From NCBI RefSeq assembly GCF_006345805.1, contig NC_043001.1, positions 126,728,001 to 126,792,000 on the forward strand: 64,000 nt of DNA, written 5' to 3'. A program made the translations under genes and the position numbers. This stretch comes from Octopus sinensis (taxonomy: Eukaryota). Below are positions 1 through 13,487 of the stretch, piece by piece; within the stretch, counting starts at the first letter, position 1, and each line of letters starts with the position of its first letter. The notes beneath the pieces were generated by a model, which did no database searches, was not told the DNA's origin, and saw only the letters and a list, made by a program, of their open reading frames with translations.

Positions 1-130
1 TCGGCAAATGGATTGCTAGAATAAGTGTCACGCTTAATATATATATATACTCGTGACAATTCATTCGGCTAAAAGTTTTTGAAGGCGGTGCCCCAGCATG
101 GCCGCAGTCCAATAACTGAAAGAGATTAAA
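1..130 (+). mobile_element. 3' end of tRNA-headed SINE family A
   Basis: GGCGGTGCCCCAGCATGGCCGCAGTC...ACTGAA at 84-120 matches the 3' tail of the full copies at 19803-20200 and 43625-44015. Confidence 0.6.
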
Positions 131-726
131 GATGATTAAAAACATCTTTCTCAAAGTACACTAAAAAATTTTCATGGAACCTACTACACCAGGTGGCTGC
201 TTCTCCTAGAAATCGCAGCCAATATGTTTTAAAATTACGATCCATATAAAATAAAGAAAAATAGATCGGCCTATGTTAGAGTTCACATGGACCAAATAAC
301 AGCAGTAACAGTAACAACAACAAAGAAAAAAATAACAGTCATATCAAATTTAATTTTGAGGTCGCTATGTCACTTTTGTCGTACCTCGTTTTCTGTTATA
401 CATAAAAAGCCGTTTTTGTTTTGCTTTCGTTGTTGCTTCATTTTTGTTTTCGTTGTAATAACTCTTCAGAGAAATCCGATCTAGTCCAATCACGTGACGG
501 CGTTATCTCATGCTCGTAATTCTTGAAATGGCTAATGGATGGCTACTTTCAAAATAAGCAAAGCCTACCTACCGTGCCAAGATAAAAGGGCGAACAGTTT
601 TTCAAATACTTGGAAAGGCTTTTTTTTGTTCTCAACTCACAGGAATCCAAGTCACTATGCGAAACAAATAACCAACTTGAAAATACTGTATACATTTGTG
701 TGTATATGTGGGAAGTATATGTGCGG

Positions 727-802
727 ATGTATGTATGTATGTATGTATGTATGTATGTATGTATGTATGTGTGTGAGTGTATTTATGTATATATATATAT
801 AC

Positions 803-833
<31 letters not shown>

Positions 834-1026
834 CATATATCTATATATACATATATATACATATATACATATATATATACATACATATATATATATACAT
901 ATATATACACATATATATACATATATATATATACATATATATACATATATACATACATATATACATATATACATACATATATATATATAGATATATATAT
1001 ATATACATACACACACACACACACAC

Positions 1027-1080
<54 letters not shown>

Positions 1081-1100
1081 TATACATATATACATATATA
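727..1100. repeat. Compound microsatellite (TATG)n/(TA)n/(CA)n
   Basis: Directly visible; explains the overlapping YIYI/MYVC ORFs. Confidence 0.97.
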
Positions 1101-1980
<880 letters not shown>

Positions 1981-2562
1981 GAAGATACAAAAAAAACAAC
2001 TTTCAGGAACAGGTTTATTGGCGCCGAATGTAAAATTTTGCCGTATCGAAGTACGATAAGCTGAGAAAGCTTATTTTATAATTCGCCGCTAGCAATTGGG
2101 ATTGCTGTTTAGGCGAATAACCATCAAAAATTAGGGAATGGAGTAGATAATATCCAGACTACATATGTTTCATAGCCAGCTGAACCTCGGAATTTAATCG
2201 AGTGAATCTGAAAAATTTCCCTCAGCACTTTAAGTCCGTTAAAAAAATGCTTCATTTCAAAAAGGTTTTTAAATAAGGTAACTCAATGCAAAAACAAATG
2301 CAGATATGAACTTAAACCTTTTGTAAAATAACTTCAATTTGACATATGTTGTCTTTTTCACTATTTTTACATTGACATTTATATTAGATGCATACTATTC
2401 TTTCGTTCCACATTATTTTGTAGTTGTTTTATAGTCCTCGATAACAATATCTGGGAGTTATGCATTACATTTGATGGACAATTAATTGGAATGTTTCAAC
2501 TATATTCGTTCATTTAAGCAAGTTTTATACAAAGGTTTAACATTCCTAATGGGAATAGCATG

Positions 2563-2604
2563 ACGACTACTACTACCACCACCACCACCACCACCACCAC
2601 CACC

Positions 2605-2635
<31 letters not shown>

Positions 2636-2685
2636 ATAATAATAATAATAATAATAATAATACCAACAACAACAACAACAATAAT
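2563..2685. repeat. Compound trinucleotide repeat (CTA)(CCA)(TAA)(CAA)
   Basis: Directly visible. Confidence 0.95.
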
Positions 2686-2694
2686 GCAAAAATA

Positions 2695-3130
2695 ACCACG
2701 ATAGGGTAAGACAGTATTTACACTGGAAAATATTTAAACATTATAAAATCGGTACTTCTGCTTACTGGTATGAAAGTTGTTGAAGGGCAAAATGTCACTC
2801 TTCTCTGTGATTTCCCACTCAACACCGATAAAACGATCCAGGCTAATTGACCAGACATAGTCATTAAAGACTAGGAAGAAAATACTTGTAGACTAATAGA
2901 TGTAAGTGTTCCCACTTTGACAAATTAAGTAAATATAAGGACCTGGAAATTGAAATACAAAAGATGTGGCATCTTAAGCAAGAACTGTTCCTGTTATTGT
3001 AGGTGCCCTAGGTATAAGAAAGGGATGTCAGAAACATCTAGACAGCATCCCAAGAGAACTATGTCTCAGAGAAATCCAAAAGATTGTGCTGACAAGTACT
3101 GCCCACGCCCTTAGAAAAACCCTTGCAATT
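2695..3130 (+). mobile_element. R4/Dong-like non-LTR retrotransposon, C-terminal restriction-like endonuclease remnant
   Basis: Interrupted reading HDRVRQYLHWK...AN*PDIVIKD*EENTCRLIDVSVP...TVPVIVGALG...EIQKIVLTSTAHALRKTLAI*. Confidence 0.8.
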
Positions 3131-3352
3131 TAAATGCCTGTGTTGTATGGAGATGTTTCGTTACTGCCCCTGCCACTTTTCTTCTCCAAGCTTTTGGTGC
3201 CGAAATTTGTGGGAGGGTGCTAATCGATTACATCGGCTCCAGTGCTCAATTGGTACGTTTTTTATTTGCATGTATCTTTATATATGCAAGCACATCATAT
3301 ATGTTGATATACATATATAATGTATTCATGATATGACAATAAACATATATAT

Positions 3353-3657
3353 GTGAAGGTGCGTGTTTGAGTGGTTAGGGCAGTCGTGAGTTCAATTCCC
3401 GGCGACGCGTTGTGTCTTTGAGCAAGACACTTTATTTCACGTTGCTCCAGTCCACTCAGCTGGCAAATATTAATAGTGTCTGTATTTCAAAGGGCCAGCC
3501 TGGTCGCACTCTGTGTCACGCTAAAATCTCCCTGAGAACTACGTTAAGGGTACACGTGTCTGTGGAGTGCTCAGTCACTTGCACGTTAGTTTCACGAGCA
3601 AGCTGTTCCGTTGATCGTATCGCTGGGACCCTCGTCGTCGTAACCGACGGAGTACTC
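3353..3657 (+). mobile_element. tRNA-headed SINE family C
   Basis: Degenerate A box (GTTTGAGTGG), B box GAGTTCAATTCC, then the GTGTCTTTGAGCAAGACACTT...GCTCCAGTCCACTCAGCTG core; related head at 24125-24312. Confidence 0.7.
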
Positions 3658-4102
3658 TATTAATACATATGTGTGTGTATGTGTGTGCATGTATATTTAT
3701 ATATAAGCACACAAACACGAACGCATTCACTGATACGCATACATACATACATACATACGCATAATTGTAATTAAAGTAGTAGTATTTTCGAGAAATACTT
3801 TGTTTCATTTTTAATTTGATTTACAAATTATATCGTTCACTCTTAATTATAATTTACTCTTGGGTTGATTAAAGGTGAAATAGCTTGACTTGCGATAATC
3901 TAATATTCTTCTGTGGTTTAATGTTGTTGCGTCATCATCGTTTACTTCCTTTACTAAATATTTAGTTTCAATTTTTGGCACAAGGTTAGCAAATTCGATG
4001 AGTAGTGGATAGACGATTACAACGACAACAGTGCTCAACTTGTACTTGAAATCAGCTTTCGCAAACCGACCCATCATATAGTCATACGCACACACATATA
4101 TG

Positions 4103-4324
4103 TATTTCTTTATTGCACACAAGGGGCTAAACATAGAGGGGACAAACAAGGTCAGACAAACGGATTAAGTCGATTACATCGACCCCGGTGCATAACTGGT
4201 ACTTAATTTATCGACCCCGAAAGGAGAAAGGCAAAGTCGACCTCGGCGGAATTTGAACTCAGAACGTAACGGCAGACGAAATACGGCTACGCATTTCGCC
4301 CGGCGTGCTAATGTTTCTGCCAGC
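4103..4324 (-). mobile_element. tRNA-headed SINE family B
   Basis: Minus strand has B box GAGTTCAAATTCC and GAGGTCGACTTTGCC...GGGGTCGATAAATTAAGTACCAG core; same family at 22286-22957 and 37530-37760. Confidence 0.85.
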
Positions 4325-4359
4325 ACACATGTTCTTTCTCTCTCTCTCCCTTTCACACC

Positions 4360-4698
4360 CACACACGCACTCACACATACATACATACACATACATACGT
4401 ACATGCAAGCATACATACACACATACATACATACATACATGCATGCATGCATACATACACACATACATACATACATACATACATACATACATACATACAT
4501 ACATACATGCATACATACATACACATACATACGTAGCATATATGCGTGCATGTATACACGCATTCTAATATGCGTATACATAATCACGAGAATACTGAAT
4601 GTTGCATGCATAAATAAGGGCATTTCTACAATGCTTCTGAGTAAAATACCAGGGTGGCTATTCAAACCAACCTGGATGAGGCACTTTTAAATCTCTCG

Positions 4699-4729
<31 letters not shown>

Positions 4730-4800
4730 TGTCTCTCTCTCTCTCTGTCTCTCTCTCTCTCTATCTCTGTCTCTCTCTCTGTCTCTCTCTCTCTCTCTAA
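4360..4800. repeat. (CATA)n and (CT)n microsatellites
   Basis: Directly visible at ~4370-4560 and 4692-4798. Confidence 0.9.
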
Positions 4801-4878
4801 TATATATAATATTAGGGAGTAAATCCAAACTTACAGGGAAAAATTAGATTTAGGATTAAAACTAATCTTACAGTATAA

Positions 4879-5225
4879 ATATATATATTAAATTAGAGAT
4901 AAAACCACTATTAGGCAAATCAAACAGTGAAAAACATAGAAATAAAATTAATAAATATAATATACAAAAAATATATAAAATATAAAATTCAAAATTTAAA
5001 TTATTTAAATTTAGAATTAAGATTTTTAAAAAAATTTTAATTATTATTTTATACTTATAAATTTATATATATAAATTTATAAGTATAAATTAATAATTTA
5101 AAATTTTTTTTAAATTTTAACTTTAAATTTAAATAATTTAAATTTTGAATTTTATATTTTATATATTTTTTGTATATTATTTGATTTGCCTGATAGTGGT
5201 TTTATCTCTAATTTAATATATATAT
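4879..5225. repeat. AT-rich fold-back palindrome
   Basis: AATTAGAGATAAAACCACTATTAGGCAAATCAAA (4891-) mirrors TTTGATTTGCCTGATAGTGGTTTTATCTCTAATT (-5213); centre near 5068; left arm carries ~30 extra bp. Confidence 0.85.
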
Positions 5226-5325
5226 ATATATGTGCGTGTTTTTATATATACTTATGTACGTATGAATGTATGCATATACATATGTGTGCGTGACTATGTA
5301 TATATATATATATATATATATTATC

Positions 5326-5360
<35 letters not shown>

Positions 5361-6050
5361 TATAATAGTATATATGCATGCATGCATAATTATACATATC
5401 CACATATATGTGTCGTTTGTGAATGAATTAAAGGATGAACAATGAAATTAGGCTGAATGTTATGCTTTAATTTTCTTGTCATCGCTGACGCTCTTTAAAT
5501 ATGTTTATTTCGTTGCTCCTTTTGTTGCTGTTGTTAGCGTTTTTCTTGTTTCAAAGCAGATATGGCAATTATAAGGCTTATCCCGAGTACATCAAACGAT
5601 ATACTCGTTCATTCAGTATCAATAAAGCTTGTTCTATTATACATTTAAAAAATTTAACATGTTGTTGTAAGTATAAAATCAATCAATACCGACCGATTCA
5701 TGTGTACTCATATATACGTTTACATACACGCACGTACACACACACACACGAGCACACGCACGCACACACTCACACAAGCGCACATATACACAAACACACG
5801 CGCTGCGTGCATTCTGCACATGCATGCATACATACACATATCGTTTCTGTTATGCGTATATGTAATCACACTGATGCGAACTGTTGTATGCACTAAAATA
5901 ACATTCTTACAATGCTTTGGGATAAAATATCAGAACAGTTATTCAAACCAGCTTCAATGTTGCACTTTTAAGTATACCTATATATACATACATTCACACA
6001 TATAAACACACACACACAAACATACATACGTACACACACACAACACACAC

Positions 6051-6082
<32 letters not shown>

Positions 6083-6093
6083 ATATATATATA

Positions 6094-6125
<32 letters not shown>

Positions 6126-6279
6126 GAATGCATGCAGGCATATAATACACATGCATTTCGGTAGTGAAGCATATTTATAGATATTAATATATACCTATCT
6201 ACGTACGTGTCTGTAAATATCGATGAATATTTACATATATAGTCAAATGATTAATACACACACACAGACACACACACAC

Positions 6280-6334
<55 letters not shown>

Positions 6335-6392
6335 ACACACACTCACACACACATATATACTTTTTTTATTAAAACTGCAAAGATATCACAAT

Positions 6393-6434
6393 AACTGTTA
6401 CTCAGAGTTTCACGTTCCCGTTCGTCGGACAGTT
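6393..6434 (-). ncRNA. Minimal type I hammerhead ribozyme motif, CCGACGA core
   Basis: Minus strand: AACTGT-CCGACGA-ACG(GGAA)CGT-GAAA-CTCTGAG-TA-ACAGTT; 6-bp stem I, 3-bp stem II, quasi-palindromic stem III, GUA site. Confidence 0.7.
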
Positions 6435-6485
6435 GAAATTGACACTGGAAGAAAATTATCCTAATTTTATTCCATTCTTGATCAC

Positions 6486-6520
6486 AACTGTCTGACGAAC
6501 AATAACGTGAAACTGTGAGG
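6486..6520 (+). ncRNA. Decayed inverted copy of the same hammerhead
   Basis: AACTGT-CTGACGA-ACAATAACGT-GAAA-CTGTGAG, then GC instead of UA; 3' stem I lost. Confidence 0.5.
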
Positions 6521-6649
6521 CATATTATTCTACCTTCGGTAATCGATTACTACTGTTTCCACCTTATTTTGTATTTATACATATTTGCATGATGACTTCA
6601 AAAATTTCCACAAAGCTAGTAATCTTACAAAGTGTTCGTGTGAAGATGA

Positions 6650-6790
6650 TATCAGACCCAGTATTTGATTTGGAAATTATCTTTCGCTGTATGAAAAGTA
6701 AAATCGAGTTCGACGGAATTTGACATCAGAACCTTTCTGAAAAACCCATTTTGCCCGTAGTGCTAAAGGTTCTGCCACGTCGACGCCTAT
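6650..6790 (-). mobile_element. Old diverged SINE family B fragment
   Basis: Weak colinear similarity to the family B head (GGCAGAACCTTTAGCAC...TCAAATTCCGTCGA on minus). Confidence 0.4.
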
Positions 6791-7526
6791 GTATATTATT
6801 TATATACACATATGCACACAGTCACACGCAGACACAAACACACATACACACACATACACACACAGACTCAGACATTCACACACACACAGTTATACATAAA
6901 AGTAAATATAGTCGCATGTATTTATGTATATCTATATAAAAATATGGCTGCAGTCCAGACAAGAACATGTAAAAGGTATATATATATATATACACATATA
7001 CCTGTGTATATGTGTGTGTACATACATACACATACACACACGTACATATATTCTCACGACAGTCTCGAAAATACATTCATAGATTGATAATAAGCATTAA
7101 TAACTCCTATATATTTTTTACGTAGCTTTCATATTTTTTTCCGCTTTAATAACTGGTGACGATAGGAAAATTCTACTGTTTTATATCAATAGTAATTCAA
7201 TTAGATGCGTACCTGAGCATTAGTAACGTTATTTCTATGTTATTGTGCCATTCGCATATACTCTATTCAAATATATTCTTTGTATATAAAAGTTTCCAAA
7301 GATATGTTAAGTATGATTTCATGTTTCACGTCTATACACTTTTGACAAAAGCTTTTCTATATATGTTTTCAAGTGAACATAACTGTCAGTGTGTGTGCAT
7401 ATGTGTATATAAATAATATACATATGAATATATGTATATATATATGTGTATATAAATGATATGCATATAAATATATATATATATATATAAATATATAAAT
7501 ATATATATATAAATATATAAATATAT

Positions 7527-7573
<47 letters not shown>

Positions 7574-7606
7574 TAAGAAAGTTTGTTTGGTAAAGCACGT
7601 GGGTGA

Positions 7607-7869
7607 ATATATAAGAAAATAGTAAAGTGTGAAAAAACGACAGAAGGCTTAAATGTTAAAAAATATATATATTTGTGTCAAAATGTCTGGAGAATATTGG
7701 AAAAATTTTTTTCCTTTCCTTAAAATGACATAATTTAAAAATTTTAAAATTATGTCATTTTAAGGAAAGCAAAAAAATTTTTCCAATATTCTCCAGACAT
7801 TTTGACACAAATATATATATTTTTTAACATTTAAGCCTTCTGTCGTTTTTTCACACTTTACTATTTTCT

Positions 7870-7876
<7 letters not shown>
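7607..7876. repeat. Near-perfect ~270-bp palindrome
   Basis: ~133-bp arms with only a few differences and essentially no spacer; centre ~7741. Confidence 0.92.
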
Positions 7877-7902
<26 letters not shown>

Positions 7903-7933
7903 TATATATATAGATAGATAGATAGATATATAT

Positions 7934-9083
7934 AGATATATATATATATATATGGGTGTGTGTGATTGTGTATAGAAGAATATATTAATAAAAGGAATTC
8001 CAACCTTGTCTGATTTTCACGTTTTATTTACAATCTTATAATGATATATTATAAGATAATATATTATAATTGAATAAAATAAAATGAAATAGTAGAATGT
8101 TAAATGTTCATTCTGATTGAACTAGTACTTTCATGCATTGAATTCTGCAATCTTCGGGTTCATGTAGTAGTGTTGACAGTCATGCTTCACAATTTTTGAC
8201 TGTAGCAAGATGATTGATTCTGTGCTATAATACAGCTGGGTAGGCTCCAGAGTGCTAGGTTTTGCAAACTGTATTCTGACCAATCAGTGTGTAGTATCAC
8301 TCAATTACTTAAGCTGATGGTTGGTTGAGCTGATTGGTTTAGGCATCACGCTTTGTTGGACATGTCAAGAATCCTGTATCTTGACCCTGGCCGAAGCAGC
8401 AATTGTTGGGTTATTTTTAGAAATGTTGTAAATATCCTTTGTCAGAGATTTTTATATTTTTATATTTCAATTGTCATCATCATCATTGTCAGCACCTTAA
8501 TTATTGTTGCTAGTGGTGATGGTGGTGGCAATAGAACTTTTAACCCTAAATGAGATAATTTTCCTGCTATCTTCATCTTGATCACCTTTAGTATTGTTGT
8601 TGTTGTTAGTAGTCATGGTCGTAGCAGTGGAAGTAATACCTCTAAGTATTATTATTATTGCTTATTTAGCTTGGGTTCGAATTTATCAATAAAATTCTTT
8701 TCTCTGATTCTCACAATTTGGGCATTTGATGCAGTAAATTAAATTTCTGCTTTTGCAGTTCATATTCACGTTTGTGAATATTTTCCCGGTTTTTGTGTTT
8801 ATATATTGACCGGTATGTATGAATTGGCATGCGCCACATCGGCTATCATTGCATTTAGATACCGTGAATGTTTGGTCTTTGTTGCTAAGGTCAAATTTTG
8901 CCTTTGTTAGTAATGTTTTCAAGGTTTTAGGCTCTCTTTTAACTAAGCACCATAGCTCGATCCGTGATTATGTCTTTTTAATTCATTACTTTGGGCAATG
9001 ATTGGTAGGTTGCTTTGGCAATGTGAAGATATTCTGGTGACATGGGTTGTGTGTCACTATGAATGGTATGACTTGTTCTTGTT
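7934..9083 (-). mobile_element. Penelope-like element, copy A (3' portion, internally deleted)
   Basis: Colinear with 13524-14802; lacks ~183 bp corresponding to 14246-14428; ORF 8686-8922 has NCKSRNLIYCIKCPNC. Confidence 0.9.
8118..8162 (-). ncRNA. Hammerhead motif in PLE copy A, CCGAAGA core
   Basis: TGAAC-CCGAAGA-TTGCA(GAATTCAA)TGCAT-GAAA-GTAC-TA-GTTCA; identical to 18669-18713. Confidence 0.7.
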
Positions 9084-9724
9084 ATATATATATATATATA
9101 TATATATACATGCATTCTACATACAAATAGATGTATTCATACATATGTATGCACATTCATATATAAACACACACACACATATAGATAAATAAATATAGAT
9201 ATAGATGGATAGACACATTCATCCAGCCACCCATCCATTCATACATCCATACACACATCTGAAATATCTATACATTTCCATATAAAATTATGTATGTACA
9301 TATGCATTCATATATGAATGAATGTATAAATATATATACCTGTTTATACATATAAAAAATTTTTTTAAACAACACAGCCGAAAATATTTTTTTAGATTTC
9401 ATATATAGACTCTTTTGTTGTTTTGAAACAATGAAAATTTTTTTCTCAAATTGAAGCATAATTTGCTCGAATTCAGAAAGCGCAATGCAGCACCGGCATA
9501 CATATAAGTCATTAAAAAAAATGAAACTACAATATTCCCCTTTTCTAATGAGTGTCGTCATTTTTAGCGACATTGGTAGACACTTCCGTCTCCCTCCCTC
9601 ACTGCTCCCCGCTGTCTGTCTGTCCGTCTGTCTCTCTTTCTCTCTCTTCCTCTCCCTCTCACTCTCACTCTCTCCGTATATATATATATGTGTGTGTGTG
9701 TGTGTTTGTGTATCTTCTTTTCTC

Positions 9725-9960
9725 TTTATCTCTTCACGTATTTCAGTCATTTTACTGTGGTCATACTGGGGCACCACGAAGAAAGGTTTTTGTTGAATTG
9801 TCCCCAGGGCTTGTTTTTTCAAGCCTAGTACTTATTCTATCGGTTTCTTTTTGCCGAACCGCTAAGTTATGGGGAGGTAAATCCACCAACACCGGTTGTC
9901 AAGCGATGGTGGGGGACAAACATAGCCACAGACATACACAAACATAGATACAAACACACA
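9725..9960 (-). mobile_element. SINE family A, 3' half
   Basis: Reverse complement of the TTGACAACCG...CTTAGCGGTTCGGCAAAA...GCCCCAG tail. Confidence 0.75.
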
Positions 9961-9965
9961 CATAC

Positions 9966-9997
<32 letters not shown>

Positions 9998-10330
9998 GTG
10001 TATATATTTATACATGTACATATATATATATACACACACAATATATATATATATATTATATATATATATACATGTATATACACACATATATATAAATGTA
10101 TATATACATACATATATATATATGTATATATATATATATACGTATGTATATACGTATATATATATACATATACATATCTACACATATGTATATACATACA
10201 TAAATATATACAAATATATACATGCATATATACATATACATATATATATATACATATACATATATATATACACATACATATATATACATTTATATATACA
10301 TATATATATATACATATATATACATATACA
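9960..10330. repeat. (TA)n/(CATA)n compound microsatellite
   Basis: Directly visible. Confidence 0.95.
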
Positions 10331-10867
10331 ATGCGTTCTAATGAATTTTCCCACCCTCTAGGCTTAAAAAAGCCCTTATTGTTGGTTTCCTTGTCCTCTC
10401 TTTTACTGTTTTTATCTTTATTTGTACTGTGTTTTTCTTTATTTGTATTGCTTTTACGTCCTGTTCTTGTCACATTTTTTTACCCCTCCGCAAATTTTTT
10501 TTATTTAATTCATTTGCGGGAAGGACTGTTTCAGCGTAGTCGTGTTCTGCCCTTACCTTCAAAACACGCAATGAGTCGAAACAGGGTTAGCTGTTGTTTG
10601 TCTTGTACTGTTTTTTCGTTGTTAAAAAAAGTCCGTTTCCTTGTTTTGTTTCTGTTTTTGTTTCTCGTTGTGTTCTACGTTTATTTGTGGTGTCCTGTAC
10701 TCATATATGCATGTATATATACATATATATGTGCGCACATACATATATATGTGCGCATAGACGCACATAGAGATATAAGCATGCGCAAATGAAGACATAC
10801 AATACAAATACAAAATGGCTGACGGTTAGTAAGGAGAGACACAAATAAGAAAGAAGAAAACAAAGTA

Positions 10868-10907
10868 CTACTGATGCGGTCACAGGAGTGTGACGAAAGA
10901 ACTCTGG
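10868..10907 (+). ncRNA. Degenerate hammerhead-like motif
   Basis: CTA-CTGATGC-G-GTCAC(AGGAGT)GTGAC-GAAA-GAAC-TC-TGG; A9 replaced by C, stem I only 3 bp. Confidence 0.4.
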
Positions 10908-11044
10908 CTGAAATAAGATTAAGATTAATGTAAAAAATAGATAACACTGAAGCAAAATAACACCAAATATATAGTGCGTGTGTTTTTATTGGCTAAACTG
11001 GCAAAATGACCATTCCGAAATATAACAATATATATATATATATA

Positions 11045-11160
11045 TCCACGTGACCACGTAACCGACCAGACCATCAGATGTTGTTACACATCGCTGGTCA
11101 CAATGCGTTCGCATTGTTTTAGCCTTCGAATGACGCCACCCCGCTGGCTAAGCGAGCAGG

Positions 11161-11165
<5 letters not shown>
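11045..11165 (-). mobile_element. SINE 3' tail fragment (family C-related)
   Basis: CACGTGACC...ATCAGATGTTGTTACACA motif is shared with 24130-24180, where it adjoins a family C-type head. Confidence 0.5.
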
Positions 11166-11198
<33 letters not shown>

Positions 11199-11760
11199 TT
11201 TCATAGATATTTATACATTTTATTCCAGTTTGCTTACATGCGTTTCCCAAAAATTCGGAGAAAGATTTCCTAACACAAACTTTGTTGAAAACATGTTTCA
11301 ACTAACTAAACAGACAAGGAATTGTAGGTTGTTTTGGAGAAAACGTAAAACGTGTCTACAAGAAGCTAATACAAGGCGAATCCTAGAAGAAAGAAATATG
11401 AAATGTAACACAAGATGTTACTAAACTTCTAAGATGAAAACTAAGACGTGTAAGAGATTTCCCCTCTTCCTATCACTATATGTCTCTTCCTCTCCTTCTT
11501 CTCTCCACTTTCAAGGATAATGAAAATAGAAAAATCGATCGCATTTAAGCCTCATTTTTAGTTTTAATTTTAAAATTTAATGCTAATTTTAACTTTAGAT
11601 GACTCTGAGAGTTTCCTCTCCTTGTCTCCTTGCCTCTATCTCTTTTTCCTTAAAAGAGAGAGCAATAACAAAACGAAAAGCAACTGAAGAGGAAAATCGA
11701 TCGTATTTAAATCTTAAACCTTCCAAATGTAGACTAAAGAATTTCATATTTCCAAGTTAT

Positions 11761-11805
11761 ATTATACTGACGAGTCCAGAATGATGGGCGAAATAGCACA
11801 ATCAA
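11761..11805 (+). ncRNA. Degenerate hammerhead-like motif
   Basis: CTGACGA-GTCC(AGAATGAT)GGGC-GAAA-TAGCA-CA; core and stem II good, cleavage triplet and stem I not recoverable. Confidence 0.35.
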
Positions 11806-12317
11806 CAAGTACTTAAACTATAGGGATATTCCAATAAATGAAGTTTATGAAAATATGGAAACACCATATATTTTTTCACTCATAGGAAAAAGACCGCTCA
11901 AGAAAAGGAAAGAAAAACAACAAAAGATACAAACGTTAAAGTCGTTCCCACGCCTTAAGGAGAATATTCACTGTCTCTGTCATCTCATTGTGTCATTCGC
12001 TCTCAGGCTCAGTAAGCAACTATGTGCAGGAACAGCTCGAGTCCCAGTTAAGAATTCCCGTATATAGGCGCAGGATTGACTGTGTGGTAATACATGCGTA
12101 TTGATATCTTTGAATGTGTGTAGATGTATGCAAGTGTGAGTCTGTGTCTGCTTGTATATGTGTATGTTTGTGTGCGCCCACGCGTCTGTGTGCACGCACG
12201 CATGTGCAAAATGTAACCGTCTGGAAACTCTCAAACTCTAATAAAACTGAACAAACGACCTTCGTATACATAAGCAGTACTTACTCTACATGTATATATA
12301 TATATATATTATATATA

Positions 12318-12383
<66 letters not shown>

Positions 12384-13487
12384 CATCAACAATCAAGGAA
12401 CGGCCATATAGGCCATTCACCCCCTAGAAATAACAGCCAAAGCTTCAACCGCAAATAAAATCATTCCGTAAACCAGGAGAAAATTTAAAAAACATTTACC
12501 CTGTAATTTCTTATACGATGCACCGTTTCATCTGCTGTTTAATGGTAAACTAACCTGATTAAATTAAATCAAGCCAATCTTCCATAGGCCCTCAGATTCT
12601 TCAGTAAGAAATAGCCAAGTCGGAACAGATATTTTCACGAGGCATTTCCGACCCTGCCAAGGTAATATCTGACCTAAAATTTTCAAATCATCGCACTCGC
12701 GCCAAATTTATCGGCAGCAAATAAATATAAGCCGTCGATTCCATTACGGAATTAACCAGAAAATTCATAATTAATCAATATAGGGTGGCAAAAAATTTTG
12801 TAGAATTTTTTTGCCACCAGCGGCCTAGTGGGAAAAAATTAAATAGTCATAGACCATTTTTAAGTTCAACATCAACAATCAAGGAACGGCCATAATAGGC
12901 CATTCACCCACTAGAAATAAATCCAAAGCTTCAACCGCAAATAAAAATCAATTCCGTAAACCAGGAAAAATTTAAAAAACATTTACCCTGTAATTTCTTA
13001 TACGATGCACCGTTTCATCTGCTGTTTAATGGTAAACTAACCTGATTTATATTTATTTGCTGCCGATAAATTTGGCGCGAGTGCGATGATTTGAAAATTT
13101 TAGGTCAGATATTACCTTGGCAGGGTCGGAAATGCCTCGTGAAAATATCTGTTCCGACTTGGCTATTACTTACTGAAGAATCTGAGGGCCTATGGAAGAT
13201 TGGCTTGATTTAATTTAATCAGGTTAGTTTACCATTAAACAGCAGATGAAACGGTGCATCGTATAAGAAATTACAGGGTAAATGTTTTTTAAATTTTCTC
13301 CTGGTTTACGGAATTGATTTTTATTTGCGGTTGAAGCTTGGCTGTTATTTCTAGTGGGTGAATGGCCTATTGGCCGTTCCTTGATTGTTGATGTTGAACT
13401 TAAAAATGGTGTATGACTATTTAATTTTTTCCCACTAGGCCGCTGGTAGCAAAAAATTCTACAAAATTTTTTGCCACCCTATATTGA

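Noticed and set aside
488-503. CCAAT followed by CACGTG (NF-Y/E-box-like promoter motif)
   Set aside because: Single short motif with no identifiable downstream gene; expected by chance
13170-13215. CTGAAGA followed by an ATCT/AGAT stem in the fold-back unit
   Set aside because: No GAAA or cleavage triplet follows
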